From a virus (Duplodnaviria > Caudoviricetes), in the IMG/VR virus record IMGVR_UViG_3300009148_000002, positions 10,993-74,992 of that record: 64,000 nt of DNA. The stretch is one strand, 5' to 3'. The notes beneath the pieces are model-generated. The model worked only from the letters and a program-made list of their open reading frames with translations, searched no databases and was not told the DNA's origin. Shown here in pieces: positions 35,937 through 46,054 of the stretch. The position numbers and the translations under genes were made by a program. Positions within the stretch are counted from its first letter, which is position 1; the number at the start of each line of letters is the position of its first letter.

Positions 35937-37396
35937 CTACCCTGCATTCTCGTTTGAAAGACGTCTTCCCAAGTTTTTGCTTTTTCGGTGTTCGGCTTTT
36001 GAAGTGCGTCGATCTGCGTTCTTCCTGTAACCGGAGAAGGCGACTGCTGCCTTGCTGGCGCTGGCGTTTCTTTATGTTCGCCGTTTCCGTTCTGCGTCGT
36101 TTGTGTCGCAGGTTTCTTTTCCCATCCTCGCGCTTTTGCCATTGACTCGATCTGTTTCTCGGTTTCCGACACGTAATCCTTCAGATTGTTGGCGAGTTTT
36201 TCAGGAATGGCGTCGAGCAGTTTGTCGCGATCCAAGAACCAGTATTTCGCCTTGTTCGCAGGATTTTCACCCATCAGCCTGTGGTATTCTTCCCATGTCG
36301 CGAACCTTCTGCCAGCGTTGTCGAGTTGCTGTTCGGCGGGCAAAGACTTGAGTTGACTCTCAATGTCGGCGACTTGTTTTTGAAACTGTTGAAACGACTC
36401 GGATTTAACATCAGCGTGGCCTTCAAAAACCTTGATGATTTCCTGAGCCATCTGGCCGGCAAATTTGCTTGTGGCTATTTTCAACCCGACGATTACCGGG
36501 TCGGCGGCGTGCTTCTCGCGCACTTTGGCCTCATCGGCAGCGACCTCGAATAACTCAGGGTCAATTAGATTTAGGGTTTTAGCAGCGGCATTATTTGCGG
36601 CCTCTTTCAGTGCTGGCTCCAATTCGGCGCGTGTTGATTTCTTCTTGAGTTCGTCAACATCCGCCAGCTTCGCCCTGGTTTCTTCCAACTCTTTTTTGAG
36701 TGGCTTTTCGCGTAGCGCGGCGCGGGCGTCATCGTAATCGTCATCGTCGTAACGAGGCTCGATGCTGTCGAAAAATTCAGCGTGTTCGTCGGCATCTGGA
36801 TCGTACGTCTTTCCAGGATTCTCTTTGACCCATTGCTTGCGGTGAGTCTCCGCTTCCTTCACGGCGTCGAGATACTTGGCGGACAGCCCGGCGTTGCGCT
36901 GCGGAGAAAGAGCTTCCATCTCTTTGAAGATGTCGAAGCGTCGGCGTTGCGCGGACGTGAGCGAGTCTTCCGGCTTTGGCGCATCGGCGGTTTTCTTCTC
37001 GTCGGCCTTCGTCGTTCGGTCGGTGATCGCGGCAGCGGTTTCGGCGGCGACGCGAGAGGCGATTCCTTCAACGTCAATCTCAGGTTTCTTCTTGGCTTTC
37101 GCGGCAGGCTTGGCCGGTTCATCTGGCTTTTTCTCAGGCTCGGCTTCCGCCTTTGTTTCCAGTTTTTCCGCCTCAGCCTTCTCTGGCTCAACCTTCGCCT
37201 TTTCCGGCTCCGCCTTCTCTTTCTTGGATGGCCGCTTGCCGGCAATCATCGCCAGCAGGTTTTCCGTCACTTCCTTGGAAATCTCCTGTGGCGCGAGCTT
37301 CTTTTCAGGCTCTTTAACGGTAGCGGTAGCATCCGTTTTTGCGGGCACGGCGGCTGTTTGTGTCTTGGCTAGTTCTTTCTCGATAACGGCGGGCAT
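35933..37396 (-). CDS. capsid scaffolding protein
   Basis: Glu/Lys/Ala/Pro-rich, low hydrophobicity, immediately before capsid gene. Confidence 0.7.
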   Translation of the reverse strand: MPAVIEKELAKTQTAAVPAKTDATATVKEPEKKLAPQEISKEVTENLLAMIAGKRPSKKEKAEPEKAKVEPEKAEAEKLETKAEAEPEKKPDEPAKPAAKAKKKPEIDVEGIASRVAAETAAAITDRTTKADEKKTADAPKPEDSLTSAQRRRFDIFKEMEALSPQRNAGLSAKYLDAVKEAETHRKQWVKENPGKTYDPDADEHAEFFDSIEPRYDDDDYDDARAALREKPLKKELEETRAKLADVDELKKKSTRAELEPALKEAANNAAAKTLNLIDPELFEVAADEAKVREKHAADPVIVGLKIATSKFAGQMAQEIIKVFEGHADVKSESFQQFQKQVADIESQLKSLPAEQQLDNAGRRFATWEEYHRLMGENPANKAKYWFLDRDKLLDAIPEKLANNLKDYVSETEKQIESMAKARGWEKKPATQTTQNGNGEHKETPAPARQQSPSPVTGRTQIDALQKPNTEKAKTWEDVFQTRMQGR

Positions 37397-37415
37397 AGGT
37401 TGGTTGTTTGATGGT

Positions 37416-37721
37416 TTAACTGGTCACGGACACGGAAGTTGTCTGAATCTTTATCGTTCCAGCCGTCATCTCACTCAGCACCTCAAGGCAGATTTTGAGA
37501 CGGGATGACGCGATGAGTTTTTGTGCCGAAGATGTCGGAATATTCTGCTCTTGCAGCGTCTTGATCGGATCGGTCAACGCTAGATGAGACGCCTCGTGGT
37601 TTAGGCGCACGATTTCCGACTCCAACACAGCCACAAGCTCGGCTTTTGATGGATGATTGAGCCATTGGTTGAGTGCAATGGCCCGACCGCTATCCAACGG
37701 TTCTGAGGTGACGGAAATCAT
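37416..37721 (-). CDS. hypothetical protein
   Basis: Between portal and scaffold; ATG 37721 preferred. Confidence 0.55.
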   Translation of the reverse strand: MISVTSEPLDSGRAIALNQWLNHPSKAELVAVLESEIVRLNHEASHLALTDPIKTLQEQNIPTSSAQKLIASSRLKICLEVLSEMTAGTIKIQTTSVSVTS

Positions 37722-37916
37722 CAATTGTGAAGCGCCGGGCCGAAGCATTTCCAACCCACAAGTGCGAGCAGTATGAACAGGAACAATCCGTGGCCTCCCC
37801 ACATCACTCTTGGATTTGGGTTGTTACGGATCACGATTCCAAATACTAACCAAAGCAGCATGAGAATCCAAAAAGCTAATCCAGTTGACATAATTTACCT
37901 TTCTATTTTGTTGTTT

Positions 37917-38300
37917 TCACTTGAAACGGTTTCTGAGTTCGGCACGTTCTTTCATTATGCCTTCGATCCACTGCGGCAAGGTGTCGATTGTTTGTCGCGG
38001 AGCGTCGATGGCGTCACTAACCGGCTGGCCGCTTACGTTTTGAATGGAGCGCAGGATATTAAACATCTCCGCGATTTGGTTATTGAGAAACCCATTCGCC
38101 TTCACCTGATCGGCCAGCTTGTCCTTCAACGAGGTGATTTCAACCGACTCTTGAATCGTAGTCGTGTGCGGCGGTGGTAACGGAGATGGACCGCCAGCGA
38201 TCAACTGCTCCTGCTTGCTCTTGATCCACACAGATATTTTCGGCAGCAAGTCCAGTGAGGTTTGAAGCAGCTCCATTTCTTCGTGTTGGGTCATTTTCAT
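37917..38300 (-). CDS. hypothetical protein
   Basis: Directly after portal. Confidence 0.55.
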   Translation of the reverse strand: MKMTQHEEMELLQTSLDLLPKISVWIKSKQEQLIAGGPSPLPPPHTTTIQESVEITSLKDKLADQVKANGFLNNQIAEMFNILRSIQNVSGQPVSDAIDAPRQTIDTLPQWIEGIMKERAELRNRFK

Positions 38301-38305
38301 ACGGA

Positions 38306-40771
38306 TTAAGCGATTGGTTGTGCGGCAGCAAGCTCAGTCGGCGCAATCGCTCCCTGCATTCCCACAATGTTTGGAATCTGCGGCTGCGGCGCGATCATGC
38401 CCGCCAGAATCTCACGGATAGCCAACACAGCCGCCTCGGTTTGCTGGCCCTTCTGCGCCAGTGCTTGCTGGCCTTCCGCAATCTGGGTCTGGCTGGTGAC
38501 AATATTATCAATCACAGGCCCAACTTGCGCCTGTCCTTCGGCGAGTTGTTGCTGGCCTTGGCCAAGCTGCTGAATCGCCTGCTGCATTGGCCCAAACACC
38601 TGCTCCTTCAGCGTGGTCGCCATCGCCGTCAGATTCTTGTCCACGATCTGCTGCGAGATTTGAGCGATCTGTTTCGCGGACTCTTGCGCCTGTTCGTCCG
38701 GCGTGGCGTTGTTGACCACCGTGACTTTCTGATCGCGTGGCACGCCGGCAAACTCAGCAATCGTATTCCACCAATCGACGATCTGCTTCACACCGATAGC
38801 CGAGCGCACTTCCGGCAGCGCGAGCATCGACTGAGTGATCTGCGCCATCGCAGCGGCGATCTGAGGATTATTGATGCGATCCTTGTTATCGCGTGTGCTG
38901 GCGATGCCTTCCACCGTCAGCGATGCCTTTTTACCGCGCACGCCAGCGTGTGATTCGCCGGCCACAGGTTCTTCCTCGATTTTGAAGCCGAGTTCTTCCA
39001 GCGCCTTTTTGCTGACATCGTTCAGATTCGCCACTTGCGCAAACATCTCGTCGTCGGAGTACGCCATGATGCCGTCGTAAAGCTGGCGCTTCCACGCATA
39101 CAAACCGTCGTCGATAAAGCCAGCCGTCAACGCGAGTCGCGTGCTGACGTTCTGAGCAACGACTTGGGTTTCTGTGGCGGACTGCTCGTGCGATGCCGCC
39201 TGACCGACTTCCTGTGGCGACACGCCAAGAGTGCGCTCCATGATGTCGATGAGCATTTTGATGGCGTTGGCCATCTGCGACGTGTCCTGCTCTGGGAAGT
39301 TAACTGGCCAGAAGGCTTGCTTCTGCGCGTCCGGTTGTTGCGCCCAACCGCGCTCTTTCATCGAAAACGGAATGAACGCCGTGTCCGTAATCATCTTGTC
39401 GCCAAGGTTCTGAATCTTGTCGATTTCCGTCTGCGTGAGCGGGCCGTCAGAATTCCAGAACACCGCACTGCGAAGGTTCTTTTTAACCGTGTAGAGATAC
39501 TGCGTGAGATAATTCCACAGCATGTCTTGCGTGGGCAGAATCTCCATGCCCATGCCAGCGTTCAGGGAACGATTGCCGTCCGCGTCGTAGCCGTAGTAGA
39601 TACCGGGCGTGTAGGCGTACGGCTTGCAATAAAGCACGGTGCGCTCGTTGCCCATTACGAAGTGGAACCACACCGGGTACTCGTAGTCGCCCAAGTCATA
39701 GTCCTTCGGAATGAGGCGGGCGAATTGATTCGTCACCATGACGGCCTGTTGGTCGGCCTCTTTGGTGTTGTATCGGTAAATGGACTTTTCTCGGTCGAGA
39801 TCGCCGCTCCCGGTTCCGACGGTTTCTACTGTTGGGAAATTTGCCGTGCATGGGAATAACTGCCGATAGGCGTCGTAGGCTGATCCGGTTGCCGCCGTGC
39901 CGAGCCAATCACTTCCGAATGTTATCTCGTCGAGATTCCAGAAATCCTTGTTCGCCCGGAGTTCACGCGCCCGCACGATGTTCCAGTAACCATAGTAATT
40001 ACAGCCGGTGTCCGAATTGATCGTATCGGGCCGGTGCGCCATGTCGTAGAACGTCTTCGACGGGTGAGGAATGAAATAGCGGATGCCTTCCTTGGTGATG
40101 ACTGTCTTGCCGCCAACATCCTTCTGCTTCTCGGTGTACCAATCTTCCATCGGGAATTGAAGGCAAATGCCGTAGAGCAGATTGTCGAAGATCACCTTGC
40201 GCTTGATTTCGCGATAGCCCATCTGCGCACTCACCTTCTGCCCGCGATCCGTGAGGATTTCACAGCGCAATCGCTCCTTGGTGGTGAGCTTCAGCGGTTC
40301 AAACTTAAAGACGGGATACAGGTCGCGGTCGTCAAAGATTTTCGCCCAGCGAATCTTCACATATGACATCACGAGAGGATAAAAAATCTGCGTGAACACC
40401 GGAACATCAAGCAGCTTTTGCTTCTTGGGATGCTTGCAATCGCTGTCGCCACAAGTGCACGGAATATCGGTCAGCATGTGGGTCAACCCAAGGTTGTTGA
40501 CCATGCTCAACACTTTTTCAGTGGAAAACTTTTTATCCACCAACCCGCGCATCATCGTGGCGCTGGTCTGATAGAACGGAACATCGTAAGCGCGGTCAAC
40601 GGCCCAATAAACGCGAGCGTTATCCCATGTGAACTGAACGCCATCCTGCGTATTGCTGCTAAGTCGATTGAGTAGGGCTTCGATCTTCTCGCTCTTTTTC
40701 TCAGCCGTGAACTTCGCCTTATATTTCTCCGGCGTCATCCCGGCATTCTCGAATACTTTCGGATCAATCAT
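38306..40771 (-). CDS. portal protein
   Basis: 821 aa, head-operon position, LGVSPQEVGQ..S..QSATE motif and Gln-rich C-terminal barrel typical of P22-like portals. Confidence 0.8.
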   Translation of the reverse strand: MIDPKVFENAGMTPEKYKAKFTAEKKSEKIEALLNRLSSNTQDGVQFTWDNARVYWAVDRAYDVPFYQTSATMMRGLVDKKFSTEKVLSMVNNLGLTHMLTDIPCTCGDSDCKHPKKQKLLDVPVFTQIFYPLVMSYVKIRWAKIFDDRDLYPVFKFEPLKLTTKERLRCEILTDRGQKVSAQMGYREIKRKVIFDNLLYGICLQFPMEDWYTEKQKDVGGKTVITKEGIRYFIPHPSKTFYDMAHRPDTINSDTGCNYYGYWNIVRARELRANKDFWNLDEITFGSDWLGTAATGSAYDAYRQLFPCTANFPTVETVGTGSGDLDREKSIYRYNTKEADQQAVMVTNQFARLIPKDYDLGDYEYPVWFHFVMGNERTVLYCKPYAYTPGIYYGYDADGNRSLNAGMGMEILPTQDMLWNYLTQYLYTVKKNLRSAVFWNSDGPLTQTEIDKIQNLGDKMITDTAFIPFSMKERGWAQQPDAQKQAFWPVNFPEQDTSQMANAIKMLIDIMERTLGVSPQEVGQAASHEQSATETQVVAQNVSTRLALTAGFIDDGLYAWKRQLYDGIMAYSDDEMFAQVANLNDVSKKALEELGFKIEEEPVAGESHAGVRGKKASLTVEGIASTRDNKDRINNPQIAAAMAQITQSMLALPEVRSAIGVKQIVDWWNTIAEFAGVPRDQKVTVVNNATPDEQAQESAKQIAQISQQIVDKNLTAMATTLKEQVFGPMQQAIQQLGQGQQQLAEGQAQVGPVIDNIVTSQTQIAEGQQALAQKGQQTEAAVLAIREILAGMIAPQPQIPNIVGMQGAIAPTELAAAQPIA

Positions 40772-41064
40772 AGCAGGATTGGTGATCCAGCCCGCGCAGC
40801 CGCGAGCGCCTGAGCCTTGCGCACACGTTTGAAGACCGATTGAGGAATTTTAATGTAGGCTTTCAACACAACCTTTGGTTTTAACGGCACGCCAAAGCAG
40901 TCGATGGTTTGTGGAAGCTCGCGTTCGTAGTCCAAAAGATGATACACGCGGCCATTGGGCGATGGGCGGCGAACCACTGGACCGATTCTCGCGTATAGGT
41001 AAAACTGGCCATCGCATTCCTCGATTCTGACTATTTTTGGTCTGGCCTTTTGGATTGCCGCCAT
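40768..41064 (-). CDS. hypothetical protein
   Basis: Coupled to portal. Confidence 0.55.
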   Translation of the reverse strand: MAAIQKARPKIVRIEECDGQFYLYARIGPVVRRPSPNGRVYHLLDYERELPQTIDCFGVPLKPKVVLKAYIKIPQSVFKRVRKAQALAAARAGSPILL

Positions 41065-41315
41065 TACTTCTTCGCGCCTACCACAATCATCAGCCCTTTC
41101 GGCATCTTGCCCTTGCCGCCGTATTCCTTTTCCTCGGCTTCCGGTTCCTCGTCGGATGTCTCGTCGTATTCTGCGGAATTCACCGTGCCGCTTATCGTTC
41201 CGCCCTCGTGTGAATCGGTGGTGACGCGGACAATTATTTCGTCACCCGGCTTGCACTCCGCAAGGAACGCCTGCACGTCAGGATCGCTCGTATCGAGAGA
41301 GAGTTCGCTTTTCAT
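41064..41315 (-). CDS. small acidic protein
   Basis: First gene of head operon; leaderless promoter upstream. Confidence 0.6.
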   Translation of the reverse strand: MKSELSLDTSDPDVQAFLAECKPGDEIIVRVTTDSHEGGTISGTVNSAEYDETSDEEPEAEEKEYGGKGKMPKGLMIVVGAKK

Positions 41316-41322
41316 GCAGGTT

Positions 41323-41358
41323 AGTTTAACTTGACCAAGACATAACGCAATCTAATAG
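41323..41358. promoter_or_regulatory. overlapping divergent promoters (head operon / terminase)
   Basis: Minus: TTGCGT-16-TAAACT-7 nt-ATG; plus: TTGACC (41331)-16-TAATAG. Confidence 0.5.
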
Positions 41359-41370
41359 TTAACCTCAAAT

Positions 41371-42879
41371 ATGCCCCTGCATCCCGACGGCTACTGGATA
41401 CCCAATCTCTCACCCAAGCAGATAGCCATTCAAAACAACCGAGCGCGTTATCAGTTGGTTTCTGGCCCGCGTTTGAGCGGCAAGTCGTGGGGTGTTGAGC
41501 ACGCCGTCGTGAAGCACCTGTGGATTACGAAGAATGCTCGCATGGGCGCGTTCGCTCGCACGATCAAGAGTGCAAAAGTGGGTGGTTCTTACGACGATCT
41601 AACAAAGCTCATCATTCCAGAGTGGCTATCTGCGAATTTAACCGGCGTGAACGCGAGCATCCGCTTCGAGTACTCGATTCCACCAAAACAGATGGGTGAT
41701 ACGCGGACGAACTACTTCAAAATACGCAATTATTGGGGCGGCGAATCTGAGTTCTACCTTTTCTCGTTGGATTACGACGACGACATTGAAGAAAAGGTGA
41801 AAAACACGCGGTTCTCCGGCTTCTGGTTTATCGAGCTAACGAACTTCGACAAGCGGGAAGTGTTTTCCGCAACCGTCCAGCAGTTGCGTATGCCTGGATT
41901 GCCGTGGAAAGAGCACCTGTGGATAGCGGACACGAATCCCGACTACATACTCGGAGAGGATAGCTGGATTTACAAGCTGTTCTACGAAAAACAGGGCTAC
42001 GATCCGGTGGTGGACAAAGAGGAAATCGAAAATCTGAGCGTCATCGAAGTGATGATTGACGATAACCCGTTCCTTGAGCCACAGGCCATCAGGAGCCTCA
42101 AGGCTAACTACGCGTACAGCCCGGAAAAGACGGCGGCTTACATCTTTGGCAAGTGGGTTAAGGGAATGCGCGATGGACATTTCTCAGATGTGCTCTTGCC
42201 GAACATCCATTTTCAAGGTGACGTGAGCAGCAACGATTCAGCGAAGTGGCAAATCATCGTGCCCACAGAGCAGACTATGGAACTAATGACAGGTTGGGAC
42301 TTGGGCGATGTCAACCACTCGGCACACATCGCTCAGAAGCGCCCGATTGATAACGACGAATACGCTTACGATTTCATCGACGAACTGTTCTGCATTGATC
42401 GGCAAGTCAGCATTCGAGAATTCACCGAGGCGTTCTTGGAGCGCATGGATCATTGGGAAAAATTCATGCGCGAGGCGTTTGGGCGAACAGTGTTTCGATG
42501 GCGGCACTGGTCTGACACGTCGGCGTTCAGCTACAAAAGCGCGGTTGGCGGCGATGAAGAAAAGATCGTGCGCAATGTTTCAAAAGGGCGGATCACTCTG
42601 TTGGGAATCGACAAGCGAAGTGTCACTGGCCGCGTGGATCAAGTGAGACGGCTGCTACACGAGCAGCGCATATTTGTGTCTGCCAACCTAACGCACACAA
42701 CCGTCATGCTGAAGACTCTCTACAAAGGCAAAAGCAAGTTGGACTTTATTCTGCCGGCCACGCTGAAGCATTCGTTTGACTCGTTCAGCTACCTGCTTCG
42801 CGGCGAGGAACCTCACGATCTTGAGCGCGGCCTTCCTCAGACGGAGCAGCCGGCGAGGTTGGTGCTGGTGCCGGCGTAA
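41371..42879 (+). CDS. terL: terminase large subunit
   Basis: PNLSPKQ, Walker A SGPRLSGKS, Walker B FWFIE, DTNP coupling motif, GKW, RNase H-like GWDLG ... HSFDSFSYL. Confidence 0.92.
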   Translation: MPLHPDGYWIPNLSPKQIAIQNNRARYQLVSGPRLSGKSWGVEHAVVKHLWITKNARMGAFARTIKSAKVGGSYDDLTKLIIPEWLSANLTGVNASIRFEYSIPPKQMGDTRTNYFKIRNYWGGESEFYLFSLDYDDDIEEKVKNTRFSGFWFIELTNFDKREVFSATVQQLRMPGLPWKEHLWIADTNPDYILGEDSWIYKLFYEKQGYDPVVDKEEIENLSVIEVMIDDNPFLEPQAIRSLKANYAYSPEKTAAYIFGKWVKGMRDGHFSDVLLPNIHFQGDVSSNDSAKWQIIVPTEQTMELMTGWDLGDVNHSAHIAQKRPIDNDEYAYDFIDELFCIDRQVSIREFTEAFLERMDHWEKFMREAFGRTVFRWRHWSDTSAFSYKSAVGGDEEKIVRNVSKGRITLLGIDKRSVTGRVDQVRRLLHEQRIFVSANLTHTTVMLKTLYKGKSKLDFILPATLKHSFDSFSYLLRGEEPHDLERGLPQTEQPARLVLVPA

Positions 42880-42885
42880 ACAGCA

Positions 42886-42917
42886 AACCCGCCGCACGGT
42901 GATTCGCACGACGGGTT
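42886..42917. terminator. hairpin between convergent genes
   Basis: 13-bp stem with G.U pairs on minus strand (AACCCGTCGTGCG/CGTGCGGCGGGTT); short U-tract. Confidence 0.5.
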
Positions 42918-42936
42918 AAATGTTCAACCGAGCGGG

Positions 42937-43296
42937 TTACGCCGGAGTTGTCGGATTCGGATTCGGAACGATGTCGGCCAAAGCTTGCGCGTCCACGCCC
43001 AATGCTTTGAGATCGGCCTCAAACGTTTCATCCGTCACTGACGGGTCAACGTTCGCCTCGATGAGATCGGCAATCTGCTTTTGCAGGTCGGCGATTCGAG
43101 TTCCAAGCTCACCAAATGCCTCGCGGTTATTCTTCGCAGCCAAGGCTACGGCTGCTTTGATTTCAGATACTTTTACCATGATGTTGTTCTCCATTTCTTC
43201 CATCCTTTTAAGGACGGATTTGTTGTTTGTGTTTTCACTTAACCCGTGCACGGCACGGGCTAGGGATGAAATTGCTGCAATAAGTTCTCGGAACAT
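42937..43296 (-). CDS. coiled-coil hypothetical protein
   Basis: Heptad pattern. Confidence 0.6.
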   Translation of the reverse strand: MFRELIAAISSLARAVHGLSENTNNKSVLKRMEEMENNIMVKVSEIKAAVALAAKNNREAFGELGTRIADLQKQIADLIEANVDPSVTDETFEADLKALGVDAQALADIVPNPNPTTPA

Positions 43297-43497
43297 AGTT
43301 GCCTTGCGCCCTAGCTGGCGGGATTGGTTTCTGTGGCCATTGCAATAAGCAAATACGCCGAATAGGTGTAGGCCATCAAAATGACGACGGTTATCAAGAT
43401 TCTAAACATAATTGTCGCTTTTACGACGACTCACACTAGTTTCTCCTTACTGCACCAACAATGGGTAGTTTACCCCACGGCACCAGTCACCGCTCAT

Positions 43498-43707
43498 TTA
43501 TGGCAGAACCAAAACGGCCTTCCGAACATCCATGAGCATGTGCCGCGCATTGTGCCCTGAGTATTCGACAAACACCGGAGTCATTCTTTGCTTTATTAGG
43601 TCGATTTCCTCTTTTGTCAGAAAGTCGGTGTCCAGAAACACTACCACACCTCCACTCACCGACACGGCTTGAGGGTGCTTACGAAACAGATTGCGAAGCC
43701 AGTTCAC
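43498..43707 (-). CDS. hypothetical protein
   Basis: ATGA-coupled to HTH gene. Confidence 0.55.
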   Translation of the reverse strand: MNWLRNLFRKHPQAVSVSGGVVVFLDTDFLTKEEIDLIKQRMTPVFVEYSGHNARHMLMDVRKAVLVLP

Positions 43708-44177
43708 GCCTTGCCATTCTTTCGATATTTGATTCCCGCCCGATCCAGATACTTCTTCAGTTGCCAGTCGGATAGCCGCATACGCACTTGGCGTCGGATT
43801 TGGTCAAGGCTCTGGCCGCTTAGTTCGGCTTTCATCTTCCTGAACCTATCCGTCATCTTGGTCGTCTTCACCGGCCTGTGGAAGTTCACCGATTGCGGTT
43901 TGCCCATCGCCTCTCGAATCTGCCCGGCACGCTCGCGTGAAACGCCGAGTTGCTTGCCAATGTCCGCATCGTTCCGCCTCAGCCAATCCACGTCCGCCCA
44001 CTTCTGCTTCGACACCTTCCAGCACGAGCGCCCGCGTCCGTCCGTGAATTTGTAGCCAGCCTCGCGCAAAATTGGCCTTCCTTCACGATAACCCACTCCG
44101 AGCGCAAACAGAGCGTCTCCAATCAGCTTCCCCGGAGGCAATGCCTTGGCTTTTTCCAGCAACTCAGATTTTTGCAT
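43704..44177 (-). CDS. HTH DNA-binding protein
   Basis: NDADIGKQLGVSRERAGQIR helix-turn-helix; ATG 44177 preferred. Confidence 0.7.
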   Translation of the reverse strand: MQKSELLEKAKALPPGKLIGDALFALGVGYREGRPILREAGYKFTDGRGRSCWKVSKQKWADVDWLRRNDADIGKQLGVSRERAGQIREAMGKPQSVNFHRPVKTTKMTDRFRKMKAELSGQSLDQIRRQVRMRLSDWQLKKYLDRAGIKYRKNGKA

Positions 44178-44184
44178 TGACGTT

Positions 44185-44212
44185 AGTTTGCCTAATGTTA
44201 GGCTTGCGTCAA
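44185..44212 (-). promoter_or_regulatory. leaderless promoter with palindromic spacer element
   Basis: TTGACG-16-CAAACT-7 nt-ATG; contains the same CCTAACATTAGGCAA as 33632-33646. Confidence 0.55.
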
Positions 44213-44758
44213 GTGAAATTCTCAAGAACATGGGCAATGCCGAACGGTGACACCTTCAGCGTGCCTCCAATCAATGACTTCGTGCAGTCGTATCTGACCA
44301 ACTCGAAAGTCTCAATAGACCCGTTCGCACGAAACAAGCGATGGGCAACGCACACCAACGACCTGAATCCCGCGACGGAAGCCGAGCACCATATGGATGC
44401 CGAAAAGTTCCTGCTGATGCTAGGTTCACAAGGCGTGAAAGCCGACCTGATAATCTTCGACCCGCCATACAGCCCGCGCCAGATCAGCGAGTGCTATAAA
44501 AGCATCGGTATGGAGGTTGGCATGAAGGAAACACAATCTGCGCTGCTATATCAGCGCGTTCGCGACGCAATCGTGCCAGTGGCAACCGAAGACGCAATCG
44601 TTTTGTCATTTGGATGGAACACGGTCGGTATGGGTAAGCGCCACGCATTTGAACAAATCGAAATAATGCTCTGCTGTCATGGCGGTGCACACAATGACAC
44701 GATCTGCCTCGCGGAGCGAAGACTGCCGCAACTCCAATCGGCGATTGATTTGCCTTAG
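44213..44758 (+). CDS. orphan amino (N6A/N4C) DNA methyltransferase
   Basis: GTG start KFSRTWAMPN, IDPFA motif I, IIFDPPYS motif IV, HGGAHNDTI. Confidence 0.85.
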   Translation: MKFSRTWAMPNGDTFSVPPINDFVQSYLTNSKVSIDPFARNKRWATHTNDLNPATEAEHHMDAEKFLLMLGSQGVKADLIIFDPPYSPRQISECYKSIGMEVGMKETQSALLYQRVRDAIVPVATEDAIVLSFGWNTVGMGKRHAFEQIEIMLCCHGGAHNDTICLAERRLPQLQSAIDLP

Positions 44759-44761
44759 TCA

Positions 44762-45925
44762 ATGCCTAAGCACCAACCAACCAGCCGAGTCACCACATTC
44801 ACATCCGACGGCTGCCGGGAACTCTGGCTCATCAACGGCGAGGACTACTGCCTGCCGGTGTATGCCACGCCGATGAAGATGCCCGGATTCGAGCAACGTT
44901 ACGCATGGGTTCAATCCGCCTCCAGCACGCTCTCACCCATGCAGCACATGAAGATTCTGGCCACATTCGCGCCGCACAAGCAAAACTCGGAACCAGAATT
45001 CCACTACCTGTTTTGGGACAAGCTCGAAAAGCTCTGCGTCAAGGCACCCGGCGTCGAGCCGGATTACTACAAACGCTGGCCGAACGACGCACCACAACTG
45101 GCGGACAAACCGATTGATGTCGCGCTGGACGGCGAAGTGATCCCAACCGACGCGGCCAACTGGATCAAGTTCATGGCATCGCGCACGTCCATCGCCGATT
45201 ACTCAACGCTCAAAGCCTTCTGGAAAGAACAGAATCGTTGTGCATTAGAGTATCTAATAAACGAGCAAAAGCCTTTGCACCTTGGGTTTTGTCAGATATT
45301 CCAGATGCCGTATCGCAACAACTGGCTGGCGATCCTCACCGCTCGGTTTTCCAGCCTTGCGGCCAATCTGGACAAAGTTAAGCGTGAGTTGATTGATCCT
45401 TACCTGATCGAGAACGGATTCACTCAGGAATTGAACAAGACTTGGTTTGCTGCCATCGACCGAAAGAAGCATTTCATCTACTGGTCGCTGTGCATCCTGC
45501 CGGCGAAAGCGTGGTATTATCACAGCATCACAACGGAACAGCGGCGCAGGGCGTCAATGAGCGCGTCCAAGTACTGCGAACGATGGATGGGTTATGTTAA
45601 GCGCAACTACAAATACATTCTGGCGGCGTTTCGGCACTATGGCAATGAAGCGAGCAGGCCGGGCGCTCGCATTGGCGAAAGCCAGGATGGTCGTCTGCCG
45701 GTGCTTATTCCAGATATACGGCGTGGCCGAGTTATGCCGTACTGCCCTAAAGGTTATGACGTTGAAGTTTGCATCGAAGGCGAACCGAGCGAGCCGCCGC
45801 TTATGGTTCCGTCGGTTGAAGACGTGCCGCAGTTGCCAGATGTTCCATGTGGAACATTGGACGTGCGGGAAGCCGGGCGACTTGGCGATGGACCCGGAGA
45901 CGAACAAACCGTTTCTCAATCCTGA
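44762..45925 (+). CDS. hypothetical protein (387 aa)
   Basis: Long clean ORF; no recognised motif. Confidence 0.65.
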   Translation: MPKHQPTSRVTTFTSDGCRELWLINGEDYCLPVYATPMKMPGFEQRYAWVQSASSTLSPMQHMKILATFAPHKQNSEPEFHYLFWDKLEKLCVKAPGVEPDYYKRWPNDAPQLADKPIDVALDGEVIPTDAANWIKFMASRTSIADYSTLKAFWKEQNRCALEYLINEQKPLHLGFCQIFQMPYRNNWLAILTARFSSLAANLDKVKRELIDPYLIENGFTQELNKTWFAAIDRKKHFIYWSLCILPAKAWYYHSITTEQRRRASMSASKYCERWMGYVKRNYKYILAAFRHYGNEASRPGARIGESQDGRLPVLIPDIRRGRVMPYCPKGYDVEVCIEGEPSEPPLMVPSVEDVPQLPDVPCGTLDVREAGRLGDGPGDEQTVSQS

Positions 45926-46054
45926 GACTGGTCGGCCAATGTCGCTTGGGTGCTGGTGTCCGGTTTACGAGAAGGCGCGTTACAAGCGGGCGCAGTGTTG
46001 GGCGCGTGAAAATGGACTTGACTTTGGGTGGGTGGAATAATAGTCTGATCTGCC

